IMG/VR virus record: IMGVR_UViG_3300011335_000175 | Coordinates: 1 to 39,996 of that record | Source of the DNA: a virus | Lineage: Duplodnaviria; Caudoviricetes | Reading direction: 5' to 3' (one strand) | DNA: 39,996 nt | Shown: piece after piece, positions 16,719 to 25,736 of the stretch | Position numbering within the stretch: position 1 is the stretch's first letter | Layout: each line of letters starts with the position of its first letter | Made by a program: the position numbers and the translations under genes | Notes under the pieces: model-generated | The model's input: only the letters and a program-made list of their open reading frames with translations | Told to the model about the DNA's origin: nothing | Database searches by the model: none

Positions 16719-17579
16719 ATGCCCTACCAGTACGGAATGCAGAACAACAGGGGTCTGCCGCCTAATGCAGTTCGGCGTGCTGTTGGCGTATCGCCAGATT
16801 TCCCTGTTGTTGGCAATGGGCTGGGTGGCTTGCCTGTGCGTATTGTTGGCCCCAAATACATGGTGGTCACAACATCGGGCGCAACCGTCACAACATCGGG
16901 CGATTTCAAAATTGCCACATTTAACGCGTCTGGAACATTTACGGTCGAATCAGTTGGCACTGATGCAGCCGCAGGTTCAAAAGTTGAATACCTTGTAGTG
17001 GCTGGTGGAGGCGGCGCAGCTGTAGGCGGTGGTGGCGGTGGTGGTATGCAAACCGCAACTGGACTGTCTATTGCTAAAACAGCGTATACGGTGACTGTTG
17101 GTGGCGGTGGTGCTGTAACCAGCGGTCAACCCGGCTCTCCCGGATCATCATCTTCTTTCGGCACTCTTATTGTTTCAGCAGGCGGCGGGTTTGGCGCGCA
17201 ATTTGGCAATACTGCTGGAGGCAACGGAGGTAGTGGCGGCGGCGGTAATGGCACTTCAGGTGCAGGTGGCTTGGGAACTTCTGGACAGGGAAACAATGGC
17301 GGTGGTGGCGGCGACACCGGATATTTTTTTGTAGGTGGCGGCGGCGGGGGGGCTGGTTCTGTTGGAGCAACAACGAATGCTCAGGGTTCGGCGGGGGGTG
17401 CTGGCATTGCAAGCTCAATAACAGGAACATCGGTTACTTACGCTGCCGGAGGGATGGGATCACTCGGAAATACCAATGCCTCACCAGCAAATTCAGGAAA
17501 AGGCGGGGAGGGTTCTACGGGGGGCAATCCTTCGGCTGGTGGCTCTGGCAGGGTCGTAATTAAATGGAGATTCCAGTAA
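16719..17579 (+). CDS. Glycine-rich tail fibre / receptor-binding protein
   Basis: FNASGTF, EYLVVAGGGG, GGSGGGG, GGSGRVVI glycine-rich domain. Confidence 0.75.
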   Translation: MPYQYGMQNNRGLPPNAVRRAVGVSPDFPVVGNGLGGLPVRIVGPKYMVVTTSGATVTTSGDFKIATFNASGTFTVESVGTDAAAGSKVEYLVVAGGGGAAVGGGGGGGMQTATGLSIAKTAYTVTVGGGGAVTSGQPGSPGSSSSFGTLIVSAGGGFGAQFGNTAGGNGGSGGGGNGTSGAGGLGTSGQGNNGGGGGDTGYFFVGGGGGGAGSVGATTNAQGSAGGAGIASSITGTSVTYAAGGMGSLGNTNASPANSGKGGEGSTGGNPSAGGSGRVVIKWRFQ

Positions 17580-17914
17580 TGGCTCACTTTGCAGAATTGG
17601 ACGCAAACAATATCGTGCTGCGCGTCATTGTGGTCGATAACGACATGATTCTTGACGAACAAGGCCAAGAATCAGAATTAACAGGGATTGCTTTTTGTCA
17701 ATCATTGTTTGGCGCTGACACACGATGGGTGCAGACCAGCTACAACGGTAGCATCCGCAAGCACTATGCTGGAATGGGGTTTACCTACGACACGCAGCGC
17801 AACGCATTCATTGCACCAATGCCCGATGGCGATGGCTGGATTCTGGACGAAGCAACTTGCCAGTGGCGCAACCCTGAAATGGAATCTGTACAAATTGGAG
17901 TGACCCGTGTCTGA
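17579..17914 (+). CDS. Putative tail fibre assembly/accessory protein
   Basis: MAHFAELD...WVQTSYNGSIRKHYAGMGFTYD...FIAP, a type that follows Gly-rich fibres. Confidence 0.7.
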   Translation: MAHFAELDANNIVLRVIVVDNDMILDEQGQESELTGIAFCQSLFGADTRWVQTSYNGSIRKHYAGMGFTYDTQRNAFIAPMPDGDGWILDEATCQWRNPEMESVQIGVTRV

Positions 17915-18266
17915 ACCTCTAACTGATCTCAAAATGGTGGATAACGTCTTTGTGAAGATGCACCGATTCATTAACGCTGGTGACACACATGAAGGCCATG
18001 CCCATGTGTTTGACCACATCACGCTTCTTGCAACTGGCAAAGTGTTGATGAAGCATGACAATGGCGAACAAGAGTTCACTGCACCGCATTTGATCGTCAC
18101 GCCAAAAGGCATCACGCACCAATTCACTGCGCTTGAAGCTGACACTGTGTTTTGCTGCATCCATGCTATTCGTGATGGTAGCGATGTGGATGCTGTGGCC
18201 TCTCAAGACATTACGCCAGCGCAAGCATTTGAGTTGATGACAAAGTATCCGCTGACTCAGGAGTAA
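17907..18266 (+). CDS. Cupin-fold protein
   Basis: GHAHVFDHITLLATG...P.GITHQF...CIH metal-binding cupin motifs. Confidence 0.8.
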   Translation: MSEPLTDLKMVDNVFVKMHRFINAGDTHEGHAHVFDHITLLATGKVLMKHDNGEQEFTAPHLIVTPKGITHQFTALEADTVFCCIHAIRDGSDVDAVASQDITPAQAFELMTKYPLTQE

Positions 18267-18269
18267 AAG

Positions 18270-18476
18270 ATGTCGGAGCAGATTGACGCCACTGAGGCCA
18301 GATTGACAACCCATGAGCAAGTTTGCGCCCATCGGTATGAGGCCATCCAAAAATCGTTTGAGTCAGGCTCCAAGCGCATGACTAAGATTGAGTATCTGCT
18401 TTATGCGGTGATCGCTGCTGTTCTTCTTGGCCCAGGTGTGGCGGCTGAGATGGTCAAAAAGATATTTGGCCTCTGA
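18270..18476 (+). CDS. Small coiled-coil + TM protein (holin/XhlA-like)
   Basis: RLTTHEQVCAHRY...RMTKIE followed by a TM helix. Confidence 0.6.
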   Translation: MSEQIDATEARLTTHEQVCAHRYEAIQKSFESGSKRMTKIEYLLYAVIAAVLLGPGVAAEMVKKIFGL

Positions 18477-18478
18477 CC

Positions 18479-18571
18479 ATGAAAGATTGGGCAGTCAGCT
18501 TTATCGCGGCTGCCCTGCTTGTTTGCATGGTCATTTGGTGCGCCAAGGTTTTTATCTGGGTGCTGTCATGA
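18479..18571 (+). CDS. 30-aa TM peptide
   Basis: MKDWAVSFIAAALLVCMVIWCAKVFIWVLS; coupled to the next ORF. Confidence 0.55.
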   Translation: MKDWAVSFIAAALLVCMVIWCAKVFIWVLS

Positions 18572-18651
18572 GAATTAAAATTGCCATCGGCATAATTGCT
18601 GTCTGGTGGCTTTTGCAGGTCGCCTTGTTTGTATTAAGGGGACTGTCGTGA
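18568..18651 (+). CDS. 27-aa TM peptide
   Basis: MRIKIAIGIIAVWWLLQVALFVLRGLS; ATGA/GTGA overlaps. Confidence 0.5.
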   Translation: MRIKIAIGIIAVWWLLQVALFVLRGLS

Positions 18652-19139
18652 TTGATCCGGTAAGTGCAATGGCCGCTGTGAGTGCAGCGGTAAACATGAT
18701 CAAGAAGGCGTCCAAGACAGTCGATGATGTCTCAAGCCTTGGCCCACTGATCGGCAAATACTTTGACGCCAAACACACGGCCACCAAAGCGGCAAGTCAA
18801 GCCAAAAAAGCTGGCGGCTCCAACATGGGCAAGGCCATTGAAATTGAACTGGCTTTAAAGGCTCAGAAGGATTTCGAGGAGCAGCTTAAAGGTCTGTTCT
18901 TTTCCACCAACAACATGGACGTTTGGAACAGCATCCAGCAACGTGTGATGGAGATGAACAAGGAAGACCGAGAAGAACAGCGCCGAGAGGCTGCAAGGGC
19001 GCTTAATGCTGCCAAAAGACGCAAAGAGGTGATGGAGTTGACCATTGCCATCACGCTGATTTCTGTGATCGCCATCATTCTGTTCTGGGGAATTCTTGAA
19101 GTTGTCTTTTATTGTTCCGACTACGGGTGCGGGTCATGA
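18648..19139 (+). CDS. Coiled-coil protein with C-terminal TM
   Basis: GTG start after AAGGGG; (M)IDPVSAMAA...; C-terminal hydrophobic helix. Confidence 0.7.
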   Translation: MIDPVSAMAAVSAAVNMIKKASKTVDDVSSLGPLIGKYFDAKHTATKAASQAKKAGGSNMGKAIEIELALKAQKDFEEQLKGLFFSTNNMDVWNSIQQRVMEMNKEDREEQRREAARALNAAKRRKEVMELTIAITLISVIAIILFWGILEVVFYCSDYGCGS

Positions 19140-19140
19140 A

Positions 19141-19299
19141 ATGGACAAGTGGAAAGAGGCCAAAGACGGGTTTGACAAGTGGCTCAAAATCAACTGTTAC
19201 TTGGCGTTTATCTGGGTCGGCTTTAAGGTGCTTCAGTTCTTGCCCCCAGACATTGCCAACCGAGTCATTGAGGCATTCTTGGAGAAGCTAGGCATATGA
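19141..19299 (+). CDS. 52-aa membrane protein
   Basis: MDKWKEAKDGFDKWLKINCYLAFIWVGFKVLQFLPP...; coupled to the next ORF. Confidence 0.6.
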   Translation: MDKWKEAKDGFDKWLKINCYLAFIWVGFKVLQFLPPDIANRVIEAFLEKLGI

Positions 19300-19514
19300 A
19301 AATCATTGCATTGATTGTGGCCATGCTGGCGCTGGTCGGGTGTGAAGACCGATACAGATACCCATGCCAGAATCCTGACAACTTTCACAAGCCTGACTGC
19401 CAAAAGCCCAAGTGCCTGTTCACCCAGCAATGCCCTGAGTATTTAGTGGCCCCAATTTTGGAGAAGCAAATTGATCAAACTAAACAGCCAGCCAACACCG
19501 AAGCTAACCGCTGA
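19296..19514 (+). CDS. Small Cys-rich lipoprotein
   Basis: Signal peptide with lipobox LVGC; four further Cys. Confidence 0.75.
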   Translation: MKIIALIVAMLALVGCEDRYRYPCQNPDNFHKPDCQKPKCLFTQQCPEYLVAPILEKQIDQTKQPANTEANR

Positions 19515-19998
19515 AGAATTGGAAGTCAGGGTCTGGGGCTTTGTGGTCATTATGATCACGCTGATCCTGGCTGGCATCGTCTTTGCCCTGCTGTATTCAG
19601 TCACCTTTGTGACGCAGCCGATCAAATCGATGGCCCCCATTGACCAGGCTTACACCAAGATGCTGAACGACATCGTGCTGCTGATCGTGGGCGGCATTGG
19701 CGGTATCGTGGGCAAGCGTGCTGTGTCTGGTGCGGTCAATGCCATGCGCTCCACCCCCACGCCATCTGGCCCATCGTATGGCCAGCAGTATGCGCCACTG
19801 CACCACAGCCATGCGCCTCAATACGCTTACGCGCCCCAGCCATCCAATGCCATGCCGGACTTCAACTGGATGGGCTACAAAAACCCAGAACTGGATGAGT
19901 CATGGACGCCTGGCCCACCACCGACCACGCCACCAGAGCATCAAGAGCCTGATGAGGACCGTGCAGAGATTGCTGCGGCCCGTAAGGAGCAGGCGTGA
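19471..19998 (+). CDS. Two-TM membrane protein (holin candidate)
   Basis: Two hydrophobic helices and a Pro-rich C-terminal tail; upstream of spanin and endolysin. Confidence 0.6.
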   Translation: MIKLNSQPTPKLTAEELEVRVWGFVVIMITLILAGIVFALLYSVTFVTQPIKSMAPIDQAYTKMLNDIVLLIVGGIGGIVGKRAVSGAVNAMRSTPTPSGPSYGQQYAPLHHSHAPQYAYAPQPSNAMPDFNWMGYKNPELDESWTPGPPPTTPPEHQEPDEDRAEIAAARKEQA

Positions 19999-20498
19999 GT
20001 CCGCTGACCCTATACCCAACGCTGGCGCTGGTGGCTGTGCTGGCCATGGGTGGGTTTTACAAGTATGGCCACCACAATGGCTGGAGCGACCGGGATGCAG
20101 AGATGCAGCTTGAGATCGCCAAGAAGAACGAGGAGGCCAGAGCCAAGGAGCAAGAGATGGCCAAGGCTGTGGCTGAAAAGGAAATGGAACTGCGAAAGGC
20201 AAATGATGTCATTACCAAAAAGCAAACTGATCTGGCTTCTGCCATTCGTGCTGGCAGGGTGCGCCTCCCCACCGCCAGTTGTCCACAAGCCAGCCCAAGT
20301 GCCGCCATTGCCCTTGGAAATAGCGACCAAGCGAGAAGCGAACCTGACCGACAGGCTGACACAGCTTCTGATGCCGAGCGATCAACCCTCCAAGCCATCG
20401 CAGAAATAGTGGCCCAAGGCGACAGAAACACGGTCCAGCTAAATGCTTGCATTGACGCATACGCCAACATGAGGAACATCATCAATGGTACGCCCTGA
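19995..20498 (+). CDS. Inner-membrane spanin (Rz-like)
   Basis: N-terminal TM, coiled coil, AIRAGRVRL, QLNAC near the C-terminus. Confidence 0.82.
   Translation: MSPLTLYPTLALVAVLAMGGFYKYGHHNGWSDRDAEMQLEIAKKNEEARAKEQEMAKAVAEKEMELRKANDVITKKQTDLASAIRAGRVRLPTASCPQASPSAAIALGNSDQARSEPDRQADTASDAERSTLQAIAEIVAQGDRNTVQLNACIDAYANMRNIINGTP
20203..20409 (+). CDS. Outer-membrane spanin (Rz1-like lipoprotein) embedded in the Rz-like gene
   Basis: +1 frame: MMSLPKSKLIWLLPFVLAGC lipobox followed by a Pro-rich mature region. Confidence 0.8.
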   Translation: MMSLPKSKLIWLLPFVLAGCASPPPVVHKPAQVPPLPLEIATKREANLTDRLTQLLMPSDQPSKPSQK

Positions 20499-21099
20499 CC
20501 AACTGGAACAACTGCACATTGCCCCACATTGGGCTGATGCGCTCAATGCCACGTTTGACCGATTTGGCATCCTGACCCCGCGCCAGCAAGCAGCATTCAT
20601 TGGCCAATGCGGCCATGAGAGCGCCAACTTCAGGGTGCTGGAAGAAAACTTGAATTACCGGGCTGCAACCCTGCTGAAGCTGTTTCCCAAAACACCACGC
20701 AGGGCTTGGGGCTTTACACCAGAAGAAGCTGCTGCATATGAGCGCCAACCCAAGAAAATTGCAAACCGTATTTATGGCAATCGTATGTCCAACCGTGATG
20801 AGGCTTCTGGCGATGGTTATCGTTTTCGCGGTCGCGGCTGCATTCAGTTGACAGGCACAGCCAACTACCACCACGCAGGCCAAGCCTTGGGTGTTGACTT
20901 CATCATGGAGCCTGACTTGGTGGCCACGCCCCAATATGCGGCCCTGACTGCTGGCTGGTTTTGGGATACTCAAAAGCTAAATGCCATTGCCGAGTCCGGC
21001 AACCACTTGGCACTTACCAAAAAGATCAACGGCGGCACGATTGGGCTGGATGACCGGATCAAGCACACCAACGAGGCTTTGGCATTGTTGGGCGGCTAA
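20485..21099 (+). CDS. Endolysin, glycoside hydrolase family 19
   Basis: AAFIGQCGHES, ENLNY, FRGRGCIQLTG..NY, INGGTIGLDDR. Confidence 0.93.
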   Translation: MVRPDQLEQLHIAPHWADALNATFDRFGILTPRQQAAFIGQCGHESANFRVLEENLNYRAATLLKLFPKTPRRAWGFTPEEAAAYERQPKKIANRIYGNRMSNRDEASGDGYRFRGRGCIQLTGTANYHHAGQALGVDFIMEPDLVATPQYAALTAGWFWDTQKLNAIAESGNHLALTKKINGGTIGLDDRIKHTNEALALLGG

Positions 21100-21117
21100 A
21101 GGTGGAATAATTGCGCC

Positions 21118-21774
21118 ATGGCAAACGTCAAGCAGCAATTAGAAACCCCATCCATTCCGAGCCTTGGTTTTGCTCCGGAGGTGTATGAGCGCAGGCACTT
21201 TAGTGAAAACTACGGTGCGCTGAACACCTATTTTCGTAAAATAGTTGGGTCATTGGGATCGCTGTTTGGGCCTCAAGGCGGCAAGTTTTTGAACAACCCT
21301 TATGGGGCTTTTCACAGCAGCATTGACCAAGTGGCTGCAAGCACGACCACGGCTTACCCCGTCTTCTTTGGCAACACAGACTTGTCCAACGGGGTCAGCG
21401 TTGCCAGCGATTCAAGAATCACAGTGGCTGTGGATGGCGTGTGGAACTTGCAGTTTTCTTTGCAGATCAAAAACGTCAGCAACGATGGGCAAGACTTTGA
21501 TATTTGGCTCCGCAAGAATGGCACAAACATTGCCGACTCTAACAGCCGATTTCACGCGCCAGCCCGAAAGTCTTCTGGCGATCCAAGCCACTTGGTTGCA
21601 GCTTTAAACTTTTTTGTGGATATGGTGGCTGGCGATTACGTTGAGATTGTCGGCTGCGTGACCAGCACCGATTTGAGCCTTGAGGCATTTCCGGCAGGCA
21701 CAAGCCCGACACGGCCAGCCATTCCATCGGCCATTGCCACCATGACATTTGTGTCCAATTTACCAACGGTGTGA
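21118..21774 (+). CDS. Virion/tail protein with C-terminal jelly-roll-like domain
   Basis: GVWNLQFSLQ...DIWLRKNG...AGDYVEI; precedes the nozzle gene. Confidence 0.65.
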   Translation: MANVKQQLETPSIPSLGFAPEVYERRHFSENYGALNTYFRKIVGSLGSLFGPQGGKFLNNPYGAFHSSIDQVAASTTTAYPVFFGNTDLSNGVSVASDSRITVAVDGVWNLQFSLQIKNVSNDGQDFDIWLRKNGTNIADSNSRFHAPARKSSGDPSHLVAALNFFVDMVAGDYVEIVGCVTSTDLSLEAFPAGTSPTRPAIPSAIATMTFVSNLPTV

Positions 21775-23255
21775 CCATGTACATTCCAATCAAATTACCA
21801 CCAGGTGTTTACAAGAACGGCACAGAATATCAAGCCGCAGGCCGCTGGAACAATGCCAATTTGGTGCGCTGGTACGAGAACACCCTGCGCCCCATTGGGG
21901 GCTGGCGCAAGTTTTCCGCAACCCAAATGACCGGGACAGCCCGTGGCTTGATCTCATGGCGCGACAACGGCGGAACGCGCTGGGTCGGCATTGGGACAAA
22001 CAGCAAACTCTATGCAATGTCGCAGGCTGGCGTGATCAAAGACATCACGCCCACTGGATTTACAACTGGTCTTGCCAGTTCCACCACGGTGACTGGCTAC
22101 GGGTACAACACCTATGGCAGCTTTGCCTACGGCGTAGCTCGACCTGATACGGGCGCAGTCACGCCAGCAGCCACATGGTCGCTGGACACTTGGGGCGAGT
22201 ATCTGGTGGGCTGTTCCAGCGCAGACGGGAAGTTATACGAGTGGCAGCTTGGCTTTACCACCCCGACAATTGCCGCGCCTATTGCCAACGCGCCCACAAG
22301 CTGCAAGGCTTTGATGGTCACAGCCGAGCGCATTATTTTGGCTCTCGGCGCTGGCGGCAATGCACGCAAGGTGCAGTGGTGCGACCAGGAAAACAATACG
22401 GCTTGGACGCCCACCACCAGCAACTTGGCTGGGGATTACGACTTGGCCACGCCAGGGTCGCTGATTGCTGGCAAGCGCGTTAAGGGCATTAACCTGCTGT
22501 TTACCGATGTGGATGTCCACACGGCTCAGTATGTGGGCGCACCCTTTGTTTATGGCTTTGAAAAGGCTGGCTCTGGCTGCGGCTTGATTTCGGCCCAGGC
22601 TGTGGCCGCTATTGATACGGCTGCCATCTGGATGAGCAAGTCAGGCTTTTGGATTTATGACGGCTACGCCAAGCCATTGCCAAGCGATGTGTCTGATTAC
22701 GTTTTCAGCAACATCAACATGGCGCAAGCCAGCAAGATATATGCGGTCCATGTCAGTCAGTTTGGCGAAATCTGGTGGTATTACCCCAGCAGTGGCAGCA
22801 ACGAAAACGACAGTTATGTCACGTTTAATTACCGTGAAAACCACTGGAACATTGGGTCATTGGCACGCTTGTCGGGCATTGATGCAGGCGTGTTTGCCAA
22901 CCCCATGATGGTGTCCAGTGATGGTTACATCTACGAGCATGAAGTCGGCTTTGCCTATGATGGCGCATCGCTGTTTGCAGAGTCTGGACCTGTGCAGATT
23001 GGCAACGGTGACAACATTATGAGCGTGCGGGAGGTCATTCCAGACGAGCAGTCGCTGGGCGAGGCTGTGGTGTCGTTTACGGCCAAGATGTACCCCACTG
23101 GCACTGAATACTCATACGGCCCCTATTCCGCAGCCAACCCCACCAGCGTGCGCTTTTCTGGCCGACAGATCAATATGAAGGTCACAGGCAACACTTTGGC
23201 CGATTGGCGTGTGGGCGTCATGCGTCTGGAGGCTGTGGCCTCTGGCAAGCGATGA
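21771..23255 (+). CDS. Tail nozzle / DNA stabilization protein (P22 gp10-like)
   Basis: 494 aa, beta-rich, GCGLIS, EIWWYYPS; typical podovirus position. Confidence 0.75.
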   Translation: MTMYIPIKLPPGVYKNGTEYQAAGRWNNANLVRWYENTLRPIGGWRKFSATQMTGTARGLISWRDNGGTRWVGIGTNSKLYAMSQAGVIKDITPTGFTTGLASSTTVTGYGYNTYGSFAYGVARPDTGAVTPAATWSLDTWGEYLVGCSSADGKLYEWQLGFTTPTIAAPIANAPTSCKALMVTAERIILALGAGGNARKVQWCDQENNTAWTPTTSNLAGDYDLATPGSLIAGKRVKGINLLFTDVDVHTAQYVGAPFVYGFEKAGSGCGLISAQAVAAIDTAAIWMSKSGFWIYDGYAKPLPSDVSDYVFSNINMAQASKIYAVHVSQFGEIWWYYPSSGSNENDSYVTFNYRENHWNIGSLARLSGIDAGVFANPMMVSSDGYIYEHEVGFAYDGASLFAESGPVQIGNGDNIMSVREVIPDEQSLGEAVVSFTAKMYPTGTEYSYGPYSAANPTSVRFSGRQINMKVTGNTLADWRVGVMRLEAVASGKR

Positions 23256-23620
23256 GCGACATTGAGCATTTGGAAAGGCTGCGCCACCATGTGGAGGCGG
23301 CATTAGAATACTCTGGCGGCACACACGACTTTGACGACATCGTGGAGATGGTGGGTAAAAACCAGTTGCAGGTATGGCCTGCCACAAAGTCGATTGTGCT
23401 GACAGAGATCATTGTCTACCCACGACTGAAGAATTTGCATTACTTCTTGGCTGGTGGCGACCTCGATGAACTCTCAAGGATGCGACCGATGATCGAATCC
23501 TGGGGCAAGTCATTGGGCTGCACCAGGGTGTCATTGGCAGGCCGAAGGGGCTGGGCCAAGACATTTTTGAAAGATGAAGGATACAGCCCACAATGGACTG
23601 TATTGGCGAAGACACTTTAG
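23252..23620 (+). CDS. GNAT-like protein of the podovirus tail module
   Basis: TEIIVYPR...LAGGDL...WGKSLGC...GRRGW; start at the coupled ATG 23252. Confidence 0.65.
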   Translation: MSDIEHLERLRHHVEAALEYSGGTHDFDDIVEMVGKNQLQVWPATKSIVLTEIIVYPRLKNLHYFLAGGDLDELSRMRPMIESWGKSLGCTRVSLAGRRGWAKTFLKDEGYSPQWTVLAKTL

Positions 23621-23626
23621 GAGCAG

Positions 23627-24772
23627 ATGATGGCTTACACACAAGCAGAAGTTAACCAGTTGGTGCAAGAGGCTGCTGCACAAGCTGGCGGCACGTTGTC
23701 CTATGCAGACGTTGCTAACGCTGCGGCCAACCTTGGCATTCCAGCCTCACAGATCAATTCCGCTGTTTCAACGGGGGTGATCACTGGATCGCCAGGCGGT
23801 GGCGGTGGCGGAGGTGGTGGCGAAGGTGGTGGTGGAAATGCACCAGTCATGCCCTCCACTTACGACCAGAATTATGTCAATCAGCTATTGAGAGAGGCTG
23901 CTAGACAGGCGGGTGGCAGTTTGTCCTATGAAGACGCAGTGCGTGCAGCTACGCGCTTGGGAATTCCAACATCTATGCTGACCGGGGGGCTGACCTCCGG
24001 CATCATTACTGGCGGTCCAACTACAAAGCCGCTGACGCCAAAGCAACCCACCACGCCCGTGATGCCAAAGGGGTATGACCAAAACTTTGTCAACCAATTG
24101 CTGCGTGAAGCAGCCCAGCAAGCTGGTGGCACGTTGTCATATGCAGACGCTTTGGCCGCTGCTGAACGTCTTGGCATTCCACAAAATATGCTTAACTCGG
24201 CCATGCGTACAGGCATGATTACCGAAAGCGTTAAGCCATTTGCCAACGCCACTCAGGGGATGCAAGACAACACTCGCGGCACTTACACCTCAATCCCAAT
24301 TGGCGTGCAAAGTTTTAACCAGAACTTTCAAAATTATATGAGTTCGCCATTGGGTGCGCAGTACAACCCTGGAGTCACTGGCGGCGTATCGCCTTACGGC
24401 GCAGTGATGAATCAGATGCAGCCATTTCAAAACCCGTATGCGGGTGTGGTGGCCAACCAGCCCATCGGCGGCTACAACCCCAACATCTACGATGCTGGTT
24501 TGTACGACCGTGTGGTGCAAGAGCGTGCTGATAAAGCAATTGCTAACAAGGCTGAGACAGCATCACTGGCTGAACTGAGTGCTTATAACGGCGGCTTGAT
24601 CACCAAGGTCATGGGTCCAAACCCACCAACACCAGACGATGGCACGATGTTTGTCCAAAAGGGCGAGTACGTTGTCAAAAAGTCTTCTGTCAACAAGTAC
24701 GGTAAAGGCTTGTTGGACCAGATCAATGATGGCAAGATTCCAGCCAAAAAAATGAAATCACTTTTGGGTTAA
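23627..24772 (+). CDS. Putative internal virion/ejection protein with three ~50-aa repeats
   Basis: YxQxxVNQLxxEAAxQAGGxLSY repeated three times; C-terminal GGLI...GEYVV...YG..LL..IN motif. Confidence 0.7.
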   Translation: MMAYTQAEVNQLVQEAAAQAGGTLSYADVANAAANLGIPASQINSAVSTGVITGSPGGGGGGGGGEGGGGNAPVMPSTYDQNYVNQLLREAARQAGGSLSYEDAVRAATRLGIPTSMLTGGLTSGIITGGPTTKPLTPKQPTTPVMPKGYDQNFVNQLLREAAQQAGGTLSYADALAAAERLGIPQNMLNSAMRTGMITESVKPFANATQGMQDNTRGTYTSIPIGVQSFNQNFQNYMSSPLGAQYNPGVTGGVSPYGAVMNQMQPFQNPYAGVVANQPIGGYNPNIYDAGLYDRVVQERADKAIANKAETASLAELSAYNGGLITKVMGPNPPTPDDGTMFVQKGEYVVKKSSVNKYGKGLLDQINDGKIPAKKMKSLLG

Positions 24773-24781
24773 GGAGCAGAT

Positions 24782-25726
24782 ATGTCAAAAGGCGGCGCAC
24801 CAGATGTCACGACCAATGCGGTCGATCCAGACATCAAAGAAGCATTCCTTGCCAACTTCCAGAACGCGCAAAGCGTGGCTGGTGCGCTGCCTGTGCAGCA
24901 GTTTGCCGGGTTTAACCCACTGTACCAAGCTGGCGAGGAAGCACTGGTCAACACGGCCTTGGGTGGCCCTGGCATCAGCGGCACTGACCTTGCGGCCCAA
25001 ATGGCTGCATATGGCGGCGTGTACCAGCCAGCCATGCAGACTGCGGGTCAAGCCAACCTTGGCATGACTGGCCCAGGCTCCATTGGCTCTTACATGAATC
25101 CATACACCAGCCAAGTGCGACAAAACGCTTTGGCCGACTTGGAGTCTTCACGCCAGATGGCTATTCAACAAACGGGTGAGCGTGCAACGCAAGCCCGTGC
25201 TTTTGGTGGATCGCGCCAAGGTGTTGCAGAGGCTTTGACCAACCAAGGCTTTGCACGCCAAGCTGGCGCGCTTGGCACGCAACTCAACGAAAACGCATTT
25301 AATCAGGCTGTGCAGTTGCAGGCTGCTGACTTGGCACGCCAACAGGCAGCGCAAGCGGCTAACCAGCAAGCTGGCTTGGCTGGCGCACAGTTGCGCCTGG
25401 GTGGCGCGGGTCAGTTGGGCAGCTTGGCTGCACAGCAGCAGGCTTTGCGCCTTGGTGGCGCACAGGCTGTGATGGGTGCAGGCGGTGCGCGTCAGGCTTT
25501 GGACCAACAGCAGATGGACGCCATTCGCAACATCGGTTTGCAGCGCCTAGGCGTGGTGCAAACATCACTTGGAGCGCAGCCTGCCAACTTGGGTGGCACG
25601 GTGTCCACTCCGATGTACAGCAACCCGGCTGCTGGTGCGCTTGGTGGCGCAGCGGCTGGCTTCCAATTCGGCGGCCCCACAGGTGCGGCTATTGGCGGTC
25701 TGCTTGGTTTACTCGGCGGTCGTTAA
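24782..25726 (+). CDS. DNA ejection/pilot protein
   Basis: Gln/Ala/Gly-rich, YMNPY, AFGGSR, hydrophobic Gly-rich C-terminus. Confidence 0.75.
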   Translation: MSKGGAPDVTTNAVDPDIKEAFLANFQNAQSVAGALPVQQFAGFNPLYQAGEEALVNTALGGPGISGTDLAAQMAAYGGVYQPAMQTAGQANLGMTGPGSIGSYMNPYTSQVRQNALADLESSRQMAIQQTGERATQARAFGGSRQGVAEALTNQGFARQAGALGTQLNENAFNQAVQLQAADLARQQAAQAANQQAGLAGAQLRLGGAGQLGSLAAQQQALRLGGAQAVMGAGGARQALDQQQMDAIRNIGLQRLGVVQTSLGAQPANLGGTVSTPMYSNPAAGALGGAAAGFQFGGPTGAAIGGLLGLLGGR

Positions 25727-25736
25727 GGAGTAAGAC

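Noticed and set aside
16990-17560. GGC/GGT-rich low-complexity DNA as a tandem repeat or DGR variable region
   Set aside because: Explained by glycine codons; no reverse transcriptase or template/variable repeat pair seen
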